A DNA stretch of 64,000 nt from Candidatus Aminicenantes bacterium (GCA_963807525.1 CAWECI010000021.1:112913-176912); one strand, 5' to 3'. Counted from the first letter of the stretch, positions 20,525-32,248 are shown. Numbers and translations: made by a program. The notes: generated by a model not told the origin, from the sequence alone.

Positions 20525-21640
20525 ATGATCACACCGAGCGCCATCCCGCCGCGGATGAAGGCCGTCGTTCTCGAATCGCCCCGGCGACTGGTCCTGCGGG
20601 ACGTTCCCATCTGGCCCATCGACTCGTACGGGGACTCCGACCTCCTCCTCATCAAGGTTGCGGCTTGCGGCGTCTGCGGCTCGGACTTCCGCTACTACGC
20701 CGGCGAGAATCCCTGGGCCCTGCACACGCTGGGCAGGCACGTCGACAACCCGCCGGGCATCGTGCTCGGCCACGAATTCGCCGGAGAGGTCGTGGCGGTG
20801 CTCGACGAAAAGAACGCCGGCCTGCTCGGCCGCCGGGTGGCCCCGATGTGTTCGAAGGTCTGCGGCGTCTGTCCCGACTGCCGGGCCGGGCGGACCCAGC
20901 TCTGCCCGAACACCGTCCATATGGGGCACGGGCAAGGCTGGGGCCAACGCGAGTTCTATCCCGGCGCCTACGCCGAGTACGTTCCGGCCTGGGCCAGCGG
21001 CTGTTACGTCATCCCCGACGATCTGAGCTTCGGCGAGGCGGCCATGATGGACATCCTGGCCGTCTGCGTCCACGTGGCCCATCAAGGCGACATCGAGCGG
21101 GGCTGGCCGGTCCTCATGATGGGCGCCGGCCCGGCCGGCCACGGCATCGCCCAGGCGGCCCGCGTCCTCGGCGCCGGCTCGGTCATCGTCACGGACATCT
21201 CGGCCGCCGCGCTCGACCTCGCCCGGAAGGCCGGATTCGACCGCGTGGTCGACGCGGGAAACAAGACAGCCCGGGAGCTGGCGTCCGAGCTCCGGGCCTT
21301 CGCCCCGGACGGCTTCGGCACGGTCTTTGACAGCGTCGGCGGCCGGGAGAGCTTCGATCTCGGGCTGGGGCTCCTGGCCAAGAAAGGGACCCTGGTCAAC
21401 ATGGCCGTTCACGACCGGGAGTTCGCCGTGAACTTCATGAGGCTCAGCGGTGAGCGGCGGATCACGACCAGCTCCAACTTCGCCGCCGGCGATTATCCGA
21501 TCGCGCTGAGCTGGCTCGAGTCCGGCCGTTTCAAGGTCCGGGACTGGCTGACCGAAATTCGCCTCGACGACATCCCGCGCTTGTTCGCTGAAACCGAGGC
21601 CGGCCGCCGCGCCTTCAAGCTCGTCGTCACGAGCTTCTGA
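20525..21640 (+). CDS. zinc-dependent alcohol/polyol dehydrogenase (MDR family)
   Basis: GVCGSD and GHEFAGEV zinc motifs, second zinc lobe CGVCPDCRAGRTQLC, and GAGPAGHG NAD fold. Intact 371 aa. Confidence 0.85.
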   Translation: MITPSAIPPRMKAVVLESPRRLVLRDVPIWPIDSYGDSDLLLIKVAACGVCGSDFRYYAGENPWALHTLGRHVDNPPGIVLGHEFAGEVVAVLDEKNAGLLGRRVAPMCSKVCGVCPDCRAGRTQLCPNTVHMGHGQGWGQREFYPGAYAEYVPAWASGCYVIPDDLSFGEAAMMDILAVCVHVAHQGDIERGWPVLMMGAGPAGHGIAQAARVLGAGSVIVTDISAAALDLARKAGFDRVVDAGNKTARELASELRAFAPDGFGTVFDSVGGRESFDLGLGLLAKKGTLVNMAVHDREFAVNFMRLSGERRITTSSNFAAGDYPIALSWLESGRFKVRDWLTEIRLDDIPRLFAETEAGRRAFKLVVTSF

Positions 21641-21654
21641 GCCCAGGCGTATTA

Positions 21655-22116
21655 CTACACGCCAGGGTATTTGCGCTTGGCGAAGTAGATGATCTCCGGA
21701 TGCTTCGTGTAACCGAGTTTCTCGAAGACGGCCATGGACGCCGCGTTGTCTTCCTCGATGAGACAGGCCAAGATGTCCATGCCCTGGGACTCGAGCCATT
21801 CTTCGGCGGCCCGGACGAGCGCGACGCCATGACCTCTTCGCCGCAGGCGGCGGTCGACGGCGACACGGTTGATCCAGCCTTTGCGCCCATCGTGCGTGGC
21901 CAGCACGGTCCCGACGACCTCTCCGCCTTCGCCCGCCTCGGCCACGAGAAAGCGCACGTTCGGCCGGGCGATCTGCTTCCCGATATTCTCCCGGCTGTCC
22001 CGGCCCTGGGGCTTGAGCGGCAGCCCGCCCTCGGCCCACAGGGACATGACCCGGTCATAGTCGCCGGGGCGGAATTCGCGGATCACGAGATTGGTCAGAC
22101 GATCATTCTCGGGCAT
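21655..22116 (-). CDS. GNAT family N-acetyltransferase
   Basis: MPENDRLTNLVIREFRPGDY... with the acetyl-CoA motif RRRGHGVALV. GGAGGG SD lies before the ATG at 22116. Confidence 0.8.
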   Translation of the reverse strand: MPENDRLTNLVIREFRPGDYDRVMSLWAEGGLPLKPQGRDSRENIGKQIARPNVRFLVAEAGEGGEVVGTVLATHDGRKGWINRVAVDRRLRRRGHGVALVRAAEEWLESQGMDILACLIEEDNAASMAVFEKLGYTKHPEIIYFAKRKYPGV

Positions 22117-22168
22117 GGTCACACCCTCCGGTCCGTTCGTCGCTGCGGCCACCCTCGCCGCCCCACGA

Positions 22169-22765
22169 TCAGCGGACGAACAGGACAAAGACCCCGATGG
22201 CCACGACCGCGGCCGCCAGCCCGGTCGAGATGGCCGACGCCCACGACTTTTTATGGATCGTCCTCGCGGCCTGGACGAGCTTCACCAGGGTCCAGACCCC
22301 CGCGGCGGCGTAAATGGCCAGATACAGGGTTTGCCACGGCCCCGGCGGCGACAGGATATCCACCCATTCCGGCTGGCCCATGCCCGCGGCCGCGAAGCCG
22401 GCCTCGACGGCCGACGGGACCCAGGCCAGGAAGAGCGGCCCGCCCCAGGCCCGGGCGGCGCGGACGAGAACGTCGCTGCGGTGACAGCCTTTCCGCCCGA
22501 GGGCCAAGAGCACGCCCGACGACAGGATCCAGACGGCAAAGATGAGCGGCAGGATGAAGACGATCTCCCAGGCGTAGTAATTATCGACGTCCATGCCGGC
22601 GATGACGGGAGCCATCGGGATGTTGCCGACGATGGCCAGGATCGCGGAGCTGGCGGCGTAGGCCAGGCCGGCCAGGCCGAGGAACAGAGCCTCCCGGCGC
22701 AACGGGTGCCTCCGCTTGAAGGTCTGCTGCCGGGCCTTCACGGTCTTCAGAGAAACAGGGCTCAC
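22169..22765 (-). CDS. hypothetical polytopic membrane protein
   Basis: GTG at 22765 is preceded by GGAGGA. About 5 hydrophobic helices. This is the true C-terminal part of the chimeric ORF 22169..23983. Confidence 0.5.
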   Translation of the reverse strand: MSPVSLKTVKARQQTFKRRHPLRREALFLGLAGLAYAASSAILAIVGNIPMAPVIAGMDVDNYYAWEIVFILPLIFAVWILSSGVLLALGRKGCHRSDVLVRAARAWGGPLFLAWVPSAVEAGFAAAGMGQPEWVDILSPPGPWQTLYLAIYAAAGVWTLVKLVQAARTIHKKSWASAISTGLAAAVVAIGVFVLFVR

Positions 22766-22776
22766 GTCGTCCTCCG

Positions 22777-24297
22777 TCAGCTCGCCAGAAGATGCTTGCT
22801 GGCGAAATTGGGGTCCGTCGTCAGATTGATGCCGAAGCGGCGCAGCCCGGAATCGTCGCCAGGCGTCGGGATGTGGGTGATATGGACCTCGCAGCCCCGG
22901 AGGGCGCTCATCCTTTCGAGGGCCAGGTGGGCCATGGGATTGGTGGCCGCGTTGATGGCGAGAGAGGTCAGGACCTCGGACAGGTCGAGGCTGACGGTCT
23001 TGGCCCCGAAGACGCTCATCTTGAGGGCGCCGACCGACTCGATGATCGAAGGCGAGAGCAGCGGGATCTTGTCGGGGATGCTCGGCCAGGGTCTTGACGG
23101 CGTTGAGGATGAGGGCCGCCGCGGCATGCATCAGGGGCGAGTTCTTGCCGGTGACGATCGTGCCGTCGCGCAGCTCGAGGGCCGCGCCGACGAAGACGCC
23201 TTTGTTCCCCTTGCCCGCCTGCCGGGCCTCTTCGGCCGCCCGCCGGGCGGCGACGACCACAGAACGGTCCTCCGGCTTGACCCCGAGCTCCTTCATCAGC
23301 AGCTCGGCCCGCTGGACGGTCTCCTTCTCGACGAAGCCCAGAGTGTACTCGCAGGAGTACCGGAAATAGCGCCGGATGAGCTCCTGCAGGGCCGCCTCGC
23401 GCACGACCTGCGTCGTCGATGATGCCGAAGCCCGCGGCGTTGCAGCCCATGTCGGTCGGCGACTTGTAGAAGGAGCGGCTCCCCGGTGATCTTCTCGATG
23501 ATGCGCTTGAGGACCGGGAAGACCTCGACGTCCCGGTTGTAATTGACCGCGACCTTGCCGTAGGCCTCGAGGTGGAACGGATCGACAAGATTGAAATCGC
23601 CGAGGTCGGCCGTGGCCGCCTCGTAGGCCACGTTGACGGGGTGCTTGAGGGGCAGGTTCCAGATCGGGAAGGTCTCGAACTTGGCGTAGCCCGTGGCCAG
23701 GCCCCGGCGGTACTCGTGATAGAGCTGGGACAGGCAGGTGGCCAGCTTGCCGCTGCCCGGCCCCGGCCCGGTGACGATGACCAGCGGGTGCTCGGTCTCG
23801 ATGTAATCGTTGGCCCCGTAGCCCTCGTCGCTGACGATGACATCGACGTCCGTGGGATAGCCCTTGGTGAAGCTGTGGGTGTAGACCCGGATGCCTTGCC
23901 GCTCGAGCTTGTTCTTGAAGATCCGGGCGGCGGGCTGATTGTCGAACCGGGTGATGACGACCGCCCGGATGAGGATGCCCCACTCGCGCAGGTCGTCGAT
24001 GAGCTTCATGGCATCGACGTCATAGGTGTGGCCGAAGTCGGCCCGGATCTTCCTCCGCTCGATATCGCCGGCATAGATGCAGAGCAGGAAATCGGCCTGG
24101 CTCCGCAGCTCCTGGAGGAGCTTCATCTTGACGTTGGGATCGTACCCGGGCAGGACCCGGGCGGCATGATAATCAAAGAATAGCTTGCCGCCGAATTCGA
24201 GGTAAAGCCTGTTCGGGAAACGGGTCAGCCGCCCGAGGATGGCCTTCTTCTGTTCCTCGAGGTAGTGGGCGTTGTCGAATCCGACGGCGTGGGTCAT
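22777..24297 (-). pseudogene. DUF1846 (UPF0371) family protein, about 3 frameshifts
   Basis: [24 protein letters not shown]...[22 protein letters not shown]; then [22 protein letters not shown]; [22 protein letters not shown]; and LSPSIIESVGALK...ASKHLLAS in other frames. Confidence 0.8.
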
Positions 24298-24325
24298 GAG
24301 CAGCTTCTGCCCTTCATCACGGCCT

Positions 24326-27300
24326 TCAGCGGGCCGCGCCTTTCATCAGATGGAAATCCTCGAACAGGCCATAGGCGACCGAGGAATAGTCCGATCCGGG
24401 GGGGCGGCCTCCCTTGGCCCCCTGCTGGAAGGACCCGGGCCAGGCCCGGCCGAGCGGAGGGCTGTTATGGAACGGCCCGAGCGTGTTCCTCAGGGTCCCG
24501 TAGACGACGACCGAGATCTCGGCCCGGCCCGCCGGCGAGAGAGCCGAGGTCGACCTCGAAAGGCGGGAAGGCCGCTTGGCCGGCCCTCTGGCCGCCGACG
24601 AAGACCTCGGCCGTCGCGCCGAGCCAGGACCCGAGCCGGACCCGGTACGAGGCGCCGGCCGCGGCGTCCGGGACATTGAACGTCTTGGTGTAGCGGACGG
24701 CTGCGCCGTAGAACGGCCAGCCCTGGGCGTCCAAGCCCCGAGCGCCGAGCGGGGCGGGCGGCCTCAGCTCGAAGCCGCGGGCGATCGAGGCCAGGCGGAA
24801 ATCGCCGAGGAGATAGACCGGCTCGAGCTCGCTAGTGGATGGTGAACGGCCTGGCCTTGACCGTGATCTTGTTCCGGCCGGCGACGACTGGTCGCCGATG
24901 GCATAGACGCCGAAGGCCCGGTCGAGCCACCACTCGCCCGGAGTGGCCGCGATCTCCCGGTCGTTGATGGAGACGCTGAAGAGGTCCGGCCGTCTCGACG
25001 ACGGCCTTGAGCGTCGGCGAAATCGCGGGCGTCGTCCTTCGCGGCCGGGAACCAGAAGATGGCCTCGAAGCCGGAGTCGGGCCGGGAACTTGTCGCGGTC
25101 GACGATGTTCGTCTTGTACTGGACGGCGCTGTCCCAGGGGTTCCGGGCGAGGCCGTGGGCCTGGAAGGTCTTGCGCTGGGCGTCATAGAAATAGAGGTCT
25201 TTCTCGGTCTGCCCGCCGAGGACAGGTCGCAGTAATCGATGGTCAGGACGTTCGGCGAGACCCGCTCGACGGCGGTCGGCCCGTCGGCGGCGACGTCCTC
25301 GCCAGGCCAGTCGCCGCGAGCGACGGGCCGGGGCCGCCTCGTCGCCGACGCAGAGGAGGAGGCTGCCGCCTGGCGGGCAAGTCGAGAAGCGCGGCCGTGA
25401 CCTTGCCGCGCTGCCGGCGCTTGAACGGGATAGGGCTTGACCCCGCCGCGTGAAGGGGTCCCAGTCCTCGACGGAGCCGCCCGCCAGGGTGAGGGCCCCG
25501 TCGGCCGGCTGGCCTCGGGCCCGGTGTTGGCCAGGAAGACGAGCTCGCCGCCGTCGAACTCGCGGCGCTGGTGGAAGAGCATGGCCCCGGCCCGGACGCC
25601 GGAGAACGTGATGGCGCGGCGGGCGCGAAAGCGCGGACCTTGTCGAACCCGCCGCCCGGGCCCGGCGTTGAGCCAGCGGTCGCCGTAAGACGCGGCCAGG
25701 AGCTGCGGAGGTCGTCCGTGGCCTTGCCGTCGACATAGTCGGGCGGCGCCGAGCCAGGCGACGATATTGCCGCCGCGGATGAGGTAGTCGCGGAGGAGGA
25801 CGAGGGTCGTGTCGTTGAGATTCTCAGGCCCGGCGGCAGGATGACGAGGCTCGTAGGAGCGGGCGCCGACGGTGAGCTCGGGCGTGGCTGGTCGAGCCGA
25901 ACTCCTGGAGGGTCTTCTCGCTGACGAGGTCATATTCGATCTGGTTCCGCCTCGAGGAGGTTGACGAAAGCCTGGAAATCCTCGGCCGAGGGCCTGAAAT
26001 CGTCCGATTCCGCCGGCCGGCGAATAATGCATCCAGGCCGGTCGTCGTCGGCTCGAGGACCAGGACGCGGTTGACCTGCTGGCCGAGGCTCATGGCCGCC
26101 GACAGCCGCCCGAAGTAGTCGGCCAGGACGTTGTAGAGCGGCCACCACGGCTCGATGATAGGAGAACGAGAGCGGGTGGTCGCGCTTGCGGGCCCCCTTG
26201 ATCGTGACATAGGACAGGTGCTGGTTGAGGAAATTGACGCCCAGGGCGATATTCCCAGTCGCCGATCCGCTTCTGGTCGGAGAAGGTCAGGTCCCAGCCG
26301 CCGGCGCCGTAGGTCTCGGACAGCGTCCGCTCGCCGGCCGAGCTGGTTGGCCGAGCTGCGGATCTCGCGGACGGACCGGGCGTTGCCGAACTGGGCGTGA
26401 CGGCCGGTCGACGTAATCGTTCATCAGGATGTCGATGCCCGGCATGTGGGCATAGGCGGCCATGGCCAGGTTGTCCGGGCGAGTGCGTGGCCGCGGCCAC
26501 TCGTGCTCCCAATAGTGGCCGGTGAAGATGAGCTTGTTGTCGGTGCAGTAGGCGTAATAGGGCTTGGCCCAGTTCTCGAGGAAGAGGTCGAGGAGGGTGC
26601 TGTAGAAGTCGTGCCGGACGCGCTTCCAGTCGCCGACCTCGCTCGAAGAGGCTGACGAGGTTCGAGCGGAGGTCGTAGCCGCAGCGCGTCTGGAAGGCCT
26701 GGAACAGGGCCGGGGTGTAAGTTGACGGTGTCGGTCCCGCCGGGCGGGGCGATCTCGGCCTCGTCCTGGAAGGCGCCGGGGACGGTCGCGCCGAACTCCG
26801 ACCCGATCGCCCGCTTGTAGGCGTTCAGGGTGACGTCGAGGAACTTCTCGGTGACGTCCTTGCGCATGAGGTCGACATAGGTGAAGCCGCCGTACCAGGG
26901 CGAGGGGGCCTGACGGACGATGTCGAAGACATAATAGGTCGCCCCGTCGCCCGCCGCCGCGGCATGGGCTTGCCGGTGAGGTCCTCGAACCCGGTCAGCG
27001 TCCGGCGCAGGACGGCGATCGCCGAGCGGGTCGGAAGGCCGGCGGCTTGCCCTCGGACCTCCTCATCCGCAGGCCGGAGCGGACCGCGTCGGGCATGGCC
27101 GCCGGGACGTGGCCGCCGGCAAACCCGAGGGATAGGAATTCTCGTCATAGATCCAGATCTTGAGGCCCAGGCTCTTGCCGGTCTCGACCGCGTAGGCGCA
27201 GAGAGACAACCACTCGTCGGACAGATAGGGCGTGATCAAGCCCGGGCGGGGATGGATGAAAGCCCCGCCGATGCCGCGGGCCTTGAAGTCGTCGAGGTCG

Positions 27301-27500
27301 CGCTTGATCTCGTCCTTGGTCACGCGGTCGTTCCAAACCCAGAGCGGCGCGCTGCGATACTCGGCCGGGGGATCGGCAAAGGTCTTGCGGAGCGTCTCAT
27401 ACGAAGGACCTTGGCGCGGCTTAGCGCACGCGGCGCCCGCCGCGACGAAAGCCAGGACGAGAAGGGCCAGCGGGGCCGGGGACCGACGCTTCATGGTCAT
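24326..27500 (-). pseudogene. GH106-like glycoside hydrolase (alpha-L-rhamnosidase family-like), at least 10 frameshifts
   Basis: Signal peptide MTMKRRSPAPLALLVLAFVAAGAACA; FADPPAEYRSAPLWVWNDRVTKDEIKRDLDDFKARGIGGAFIHPRPG; fragments SETYGAGGWDLTFSDQKRIGDWEY and HEPWWPLYNVLADYFGRLS; jelly-roll tail GWPFYGAAVRYTKTF...VVVYGTLRNTLGPFH. The family call is from memory of the N-terminal signature. Confidence 0.65.
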
Positions 27501-27632
27501 GAGGCATGCCTTTCGCTTCCGGTCGGGGATGGAGGAGCAGGCCGGAGTCTGTCGGGGATGAATAGCATCGGCCCCAAATCTAGGGGAACATGAACTCAAA
27601 GTCAAGACATGAGGAGCGGCGGGAGAGAACAA

Positions 27633-27726
27633 TGGCGGAGAGGGCGGGATTCGAACCCGCGGCCCCGGTTTGAGCCAGGGCAAACGCTTAGCAGGCGTTC
27701 CTGATCGACCACTCCAGCACCTCTCC
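27633..27726 (-). tRNA. tRNA-Ser (anticodon GCU)
   Basis: Manual fold: acceptor GGAGAGG/CCTCTCC, anticodon stem AACGC/GCGTT with loop CTGCTAA, long variable arm, T-arm GCGGG-TTCGAAT-CCCGC, and encoded CCA. Confidence 0.9.
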
Positions 27727-27770
27727 GCGGTCGGGGAACCGGGCTATTTTAGCATAGAGGCCTGCCAAAG

Positions 27771-28064
27771 TCAGCAGGGGCCCCAGCGGTGGCCGGGGTG
27801 GCGCTTCTCGTATTCCGCGGCCGACGCCTTTGTCACCTTATGCCAAGCCTGGCCGGTTTTGGCCCCGACAATGCCGGCCAGAGCGCAACGGCAGAGGGTC
27901 TTGTCGACCTTCGACCTCAGCTCGTGGAAGACGTCGTAGGGGTCCCGCTTCAGGAAATCCTCACAGGTGGTGATCCCGATCTTCTCGAGCTGGGTCGCCG
28001 TCTTCTTGCCGATGTTCGGCAGGTCGGTCAGCTTCCGTTCCCGGTCCCTGGCTTCAGAACGCAT
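27771..28064 (-). CDS. TfoX C-terminal (helix-hairpin-helix) domain protein
   Basis: LTDLPNIGKKTATQLEKIGITTCEDFLKRDPYDVF matches the TfoX_C HhH pattern. 97 aa. Confidence 0.6.
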   Translation of the reverse strand: MRSEARDRERKLTDLPNIGKKTATQLEKIGITTCEDFLKRDPYDVFHELRSKVDKTLCRCALAGIVGAKTGQAWHKVTKASAAEYEKRHPGHRWGPC

Positions 28065-28085
28065 TGCTGTCGCTCCTTACTCACC

Positions 28086-30027
<1,942 letters not shown>

Positions 30028-30033
30028 GCGGCG

Positions 30034-30039
30034 ATTATA
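30034..30039 (-). promoter_or_regulatory. serS -10 box (TGCTATAAT) only 6 nt from the ATG (leaderless-type)
   Basis: The minus strand reads CATGCTATAATCGCCGCATG. Confidence 0.5.
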
Positions 30040-30043
30040 GCAT

Positions 30044-30058
30044 GGAAATCGGGGACGC
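30044..30058 (+). repeat. half copy B0 of the palindromic motif
   Basis: GGAAATCGGGGACGC, directly abutting copy B1. Confidence 0.5.
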
Positions 30059-30084
30059 GGAAAATGGGGACGTTTCTATTTTTC
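30059..30084 (+). repeat. copy B1 of the palindromic motif
   Basis: GGAAAATGGGGACGTTTCTATTTTTC. Confidence 0.7.
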
Positions 30085-30117
30085 AGGGCATCGACCTTCG
30101 TTTGACCGGGACAGGCC

Positions 30118-30142
30118 GAAAAATAAGAGCGTCCCCATTTTC
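30118..30142 (-). repeat. copy B2 of the palindromic motif (inverted)
   Basis: The + strand reads GAAAAATAAGAGCGTCCCCATTTTC, which is the reverse complement of GAAAATGGGGACGCTCTTATTTTTC. Confidence 0.7.
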
Positions 30143-30162
30143 GAGAACCCGGTTCCCGGTCT

Positions 30163-30191
30163 TTGACAGAAGCCGGGGATTGTTCAACAAT
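30163..30191 (+). promoter_or_regulatory. candidate cobO promoter TTGACA-17 nt-AACAAT, 7 nt before the ATG
   Basis: Exact TTGACA at 30163-30168. The ATG at 30199 would be at or next to the transcription start. Confidence 0.4.
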
Positions 30192-30198
30192 AGACGGG

Positions 30199-30720
30199 AT
30201 GACCGGTTACGTCCAAGTCTACACGGGGAACGGAAAGGGCAAGACGACCGCCGCCCTGGGCCTGGCTTTCCGGGCCGCCGGCCGCGGCTTCCGCACGTAT
30301 ATCGCCCAGTTCCTCAAAGCCCAGCCGACCGGGGAGATCGAGGCGGCCGAGAAGCTGGCCCCGCTCGTCACCATCGAACAGTTCGGCCGGGAGGGCTTCG
30401 TTACGGTCACGGGCGGCCCCGACGACGAGGACGTCGCGCGGGCCGGGACCGGCCTGGCCCGGGCCCGCAAAGCCATGTTGTCCGGGACCTACCGGATCGT
30501 CGTCCTCGACGAGGTCAACACGGCCGTCCATCTCAAGATCCTGCCCGAGGCGGAGGTCCTCGCCTTCATCGACCAGCGTCCCGCCGCCGTCGAGCTCGTC
30601 CTGACCGGACGGTATGCCCCGGCCTCGTTCATCCAGCGGGCCGACCTGGTCACCGAAATGAGCGCGGTCAAGCACTACTACGACCGGGGCGTCAAAGCCC
30701 GGGAGGGCATCGAGAAGTGA
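30199..30720 (+). CDS. cobO: cob(I)yrinic acid a,c-diamide adenosyltransferase
   Basis: MTGYVQVYTGNGKGKTTAALGLAFRAAGRG... (P-loop) and the LDE motif in IVVLDEVN. The 30163 start in the ORF track adds 12 non-conserved residues. Confidence 0.85.
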   Translation: MTGYVQVYTGNGKGKTTAALGLAFRAAGRGFRTYIAQFLKAQPTGEIEAAEKLAPLVTIEQFGREGFVTVTGGPDDEDVARAGTGLARARKAMLSGTYRIVVLDEVNTAVHLKILPEAEVLAFIDQRPAAVELVLTGRYAPASFIQRADLVTEMSAVKHYYDRGVKAREGIEK

Positions 30721-30792
30721 GCCGACGTCCGCAACCCGTTCGGCCGGAGCCCCTTTCGCCCCGCCCTGGACCGGGACAGGTTCGAGGCCCTG

Positions 30793-31139
30793 GTGGCCGA
30801 GGCCCTGGACGAGATCCCGGTCAAGTTCAGCAAGCTCATCGACAACGTCAACGTCATGGTCGAGGACGACTGCCCGCCCGGGACGCAACCTCCTCGGGCT
30901 TTATCACGGCGTCCCCTTCCAGCACCGCAGCCCGGCCTCCTACGGCAGCCATCCGCCCGACGTCATCATCATTTATCAGAGGCCCATCGAATCGATCTCG
31001 CGGATCGGACGAGGACATCAAGGACCATGTCCGCGACACCGTCCTCCACGAGGTCGGCCACTACTTCGGGCTGAACGAGGCGGAGCTCCGGGAGATCGAG
31101 CGGGCCGTCCGCGAGCAGCGCAAAGGAGAGAGCCATTGA
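30793..31139 (+). pseudogene. metallopeptidase family protein (DUF1025-like, HExxH), two +1 frameshifts
   Basis: FEALVAEALDEIPVKFSKLIDNVNVMVEDD; NLLGLYHGVPFQHRSPASYGSHPPDVIIIYQRPIE; SDEDIKDHVRDTVLHEVGHYFGLNE, in successive frames. The start is uncertain (GTG 30793). Confidence 0.7.
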
Positions 31140-32029
31140 ACAAGCCGCTCGAAGGCGTCTATCGTCGCGCTGACGACCCCGTTCGCCGGGGACGAGATCG
31201 ATCCTCGACAAGCTCCGGGCCAACGTCCGCCGAAGCTCAACGAGACGGCATTCGCCGGCTATCTCGTCCTCGGCTCGACCGGCGAGTGCGTTCTCTCTGA
31301 CGGACGAGGAATCGCTGGAGCTCGTCCAGGCGGTCCTCGAGGCGGCCGCGCCGGACAAGAAGATCCTCGTCGGCACCGCCCGCGAATCGACCAGGGCCAC
31401 GATCGAATTCACCGGCGCGCCTGCCGGTCCATGGCATCGAGGCCGTCCTCGTCCGCCCGCCCTCCTACTTCAAATCCAAGATGACACGCGAGGCCCTCAA
31501 GGCCCACTTACCTGGCCGTGGCCGAGGCCAGCCGCTATCCGGTCCTCATCTACAACATGCCTCAGAACACCGGCATCTCCCTCGATCCCCGCCTGGTCAT
31601 CGACCTCGCCACCCATCCCGAACATCGCCGGGCTCAAGGAGAGCGCGTGGCAGCCTGGCGTTCCTGGCCGAGGTCGTGCGGGAGGTCCCGGCGGACTTCC
31701 ATTATTTCCTGGGTTCGGGCCACGTCGTCTATCCCGGCCTCGAGATGGGCGCCTGCGGGGCCATCCTGGCCGTGGCCAACGCCGTGCCGGAGATGTGCGC
31801 CGAGCTCTTCCGGCTCTTCAAGTCCGGAGCCAAGGATGAGGCCCGCGGCCTCCAGCTCGACCTGGTGCCCCTCAATAAGGTGCTGGTCGAGATCTACGGC
31901 ATCGCCGGGCTGAAATGCGCCCAGGACCTGCGCGGATTCTACGGCGGACCGACCCGGCTCCCGCTTCTTCCCGTCGACGACAAGGGCCGGGCCGAGATCG
32001 CAGCGGTGCTCAAAGAAGCGGGATACTGA
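31136..32029 (+). pseudogene. dihydrodipicolinate synthase (DapA) family lyase, about 8 indels in the first 540 nt
   Basis: Reconstructable as LNKPLEGVIVALTTPFAGDEIDLDKLRANVRxKLNETAFAGYLVLGSTGECVLLTDEESLELV...YPVLIYNMPQNTGISLDP...NIAGLKES...SLAFLAEVVREVPADFHYFLGSG. The last 350 nt are in one frame. Confidence 0.75.
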
Positions 32030-32031
32030 CT

Positions 32032-32052
32032 TCCCTCTCGAGGCGGCGAGGG
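32032..32052 (-). repeat. 21-nt word CCCTCGCCGCCTCGAGAGGGA (identical copy at 55636-55656)
   Basis: Exact match checked base by base. It starts 3 nt after the DapA-like stop. Confidence 0.8.
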
Positions 32053-32128
32053 ACGTTGCCTCGAAGATCCCCGTCCGTGGAGAGGGGACCGGCAGGGAGC
32101 GGAGGGCGAAGCATACTGGAGCGACCCG

Positions 32129-32164
32129 CAGAATCGCTGCCGAGCACTCGAGGGAGCGATTCTG
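32129..32164 (+). terminator. hairpin CAGAATCGCT / AGCGATTCTG downstream of the DapA-like gene
   Basis: 10-bp stem and 16-nt loop, followed by an AT-rich tract ATAAATATCTT. Confidence 0.35.
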
Positions 32165-32211
32165 ATAAATATCTTGGGAAAGTGTTTTATTAGGATATTT
32201 AGCAGAAATCC

Positions 32212-32248
32212 CCTCCGTGTATCTCCGGGGATTTCTGCGCCTCCGCTC
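32212..32248 (-). terminator. hairpin GCAGAAATCCCC / GGGGATTTCTGC downstream of the SRP RNA
   Basis: 12-bp perfect stem and 13-nt loop, 20 nt after the predicted 3' end of the SRP RNA. An AT-rich tract follows on the minus strand. Confidence 0.45.

Noticed and set aside
27501-27683. N-terminal extension of ORF 27063..27683 across tRNA-Ser(GCU)
   Set aside because: The extension overlaps a well-formed tRNA. The hydrolase has a proper signal peptide starting at MTMKRR (27500).
30044-30142. CRISPR-like array (repeated ~25-nt units)
   Set aside because: There are only two and a half copies. The two full copies face each other in inverted rather than direct orientation, spacing is irregular, and there are no cas genes. 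They are treated as a palindromic motif instead.
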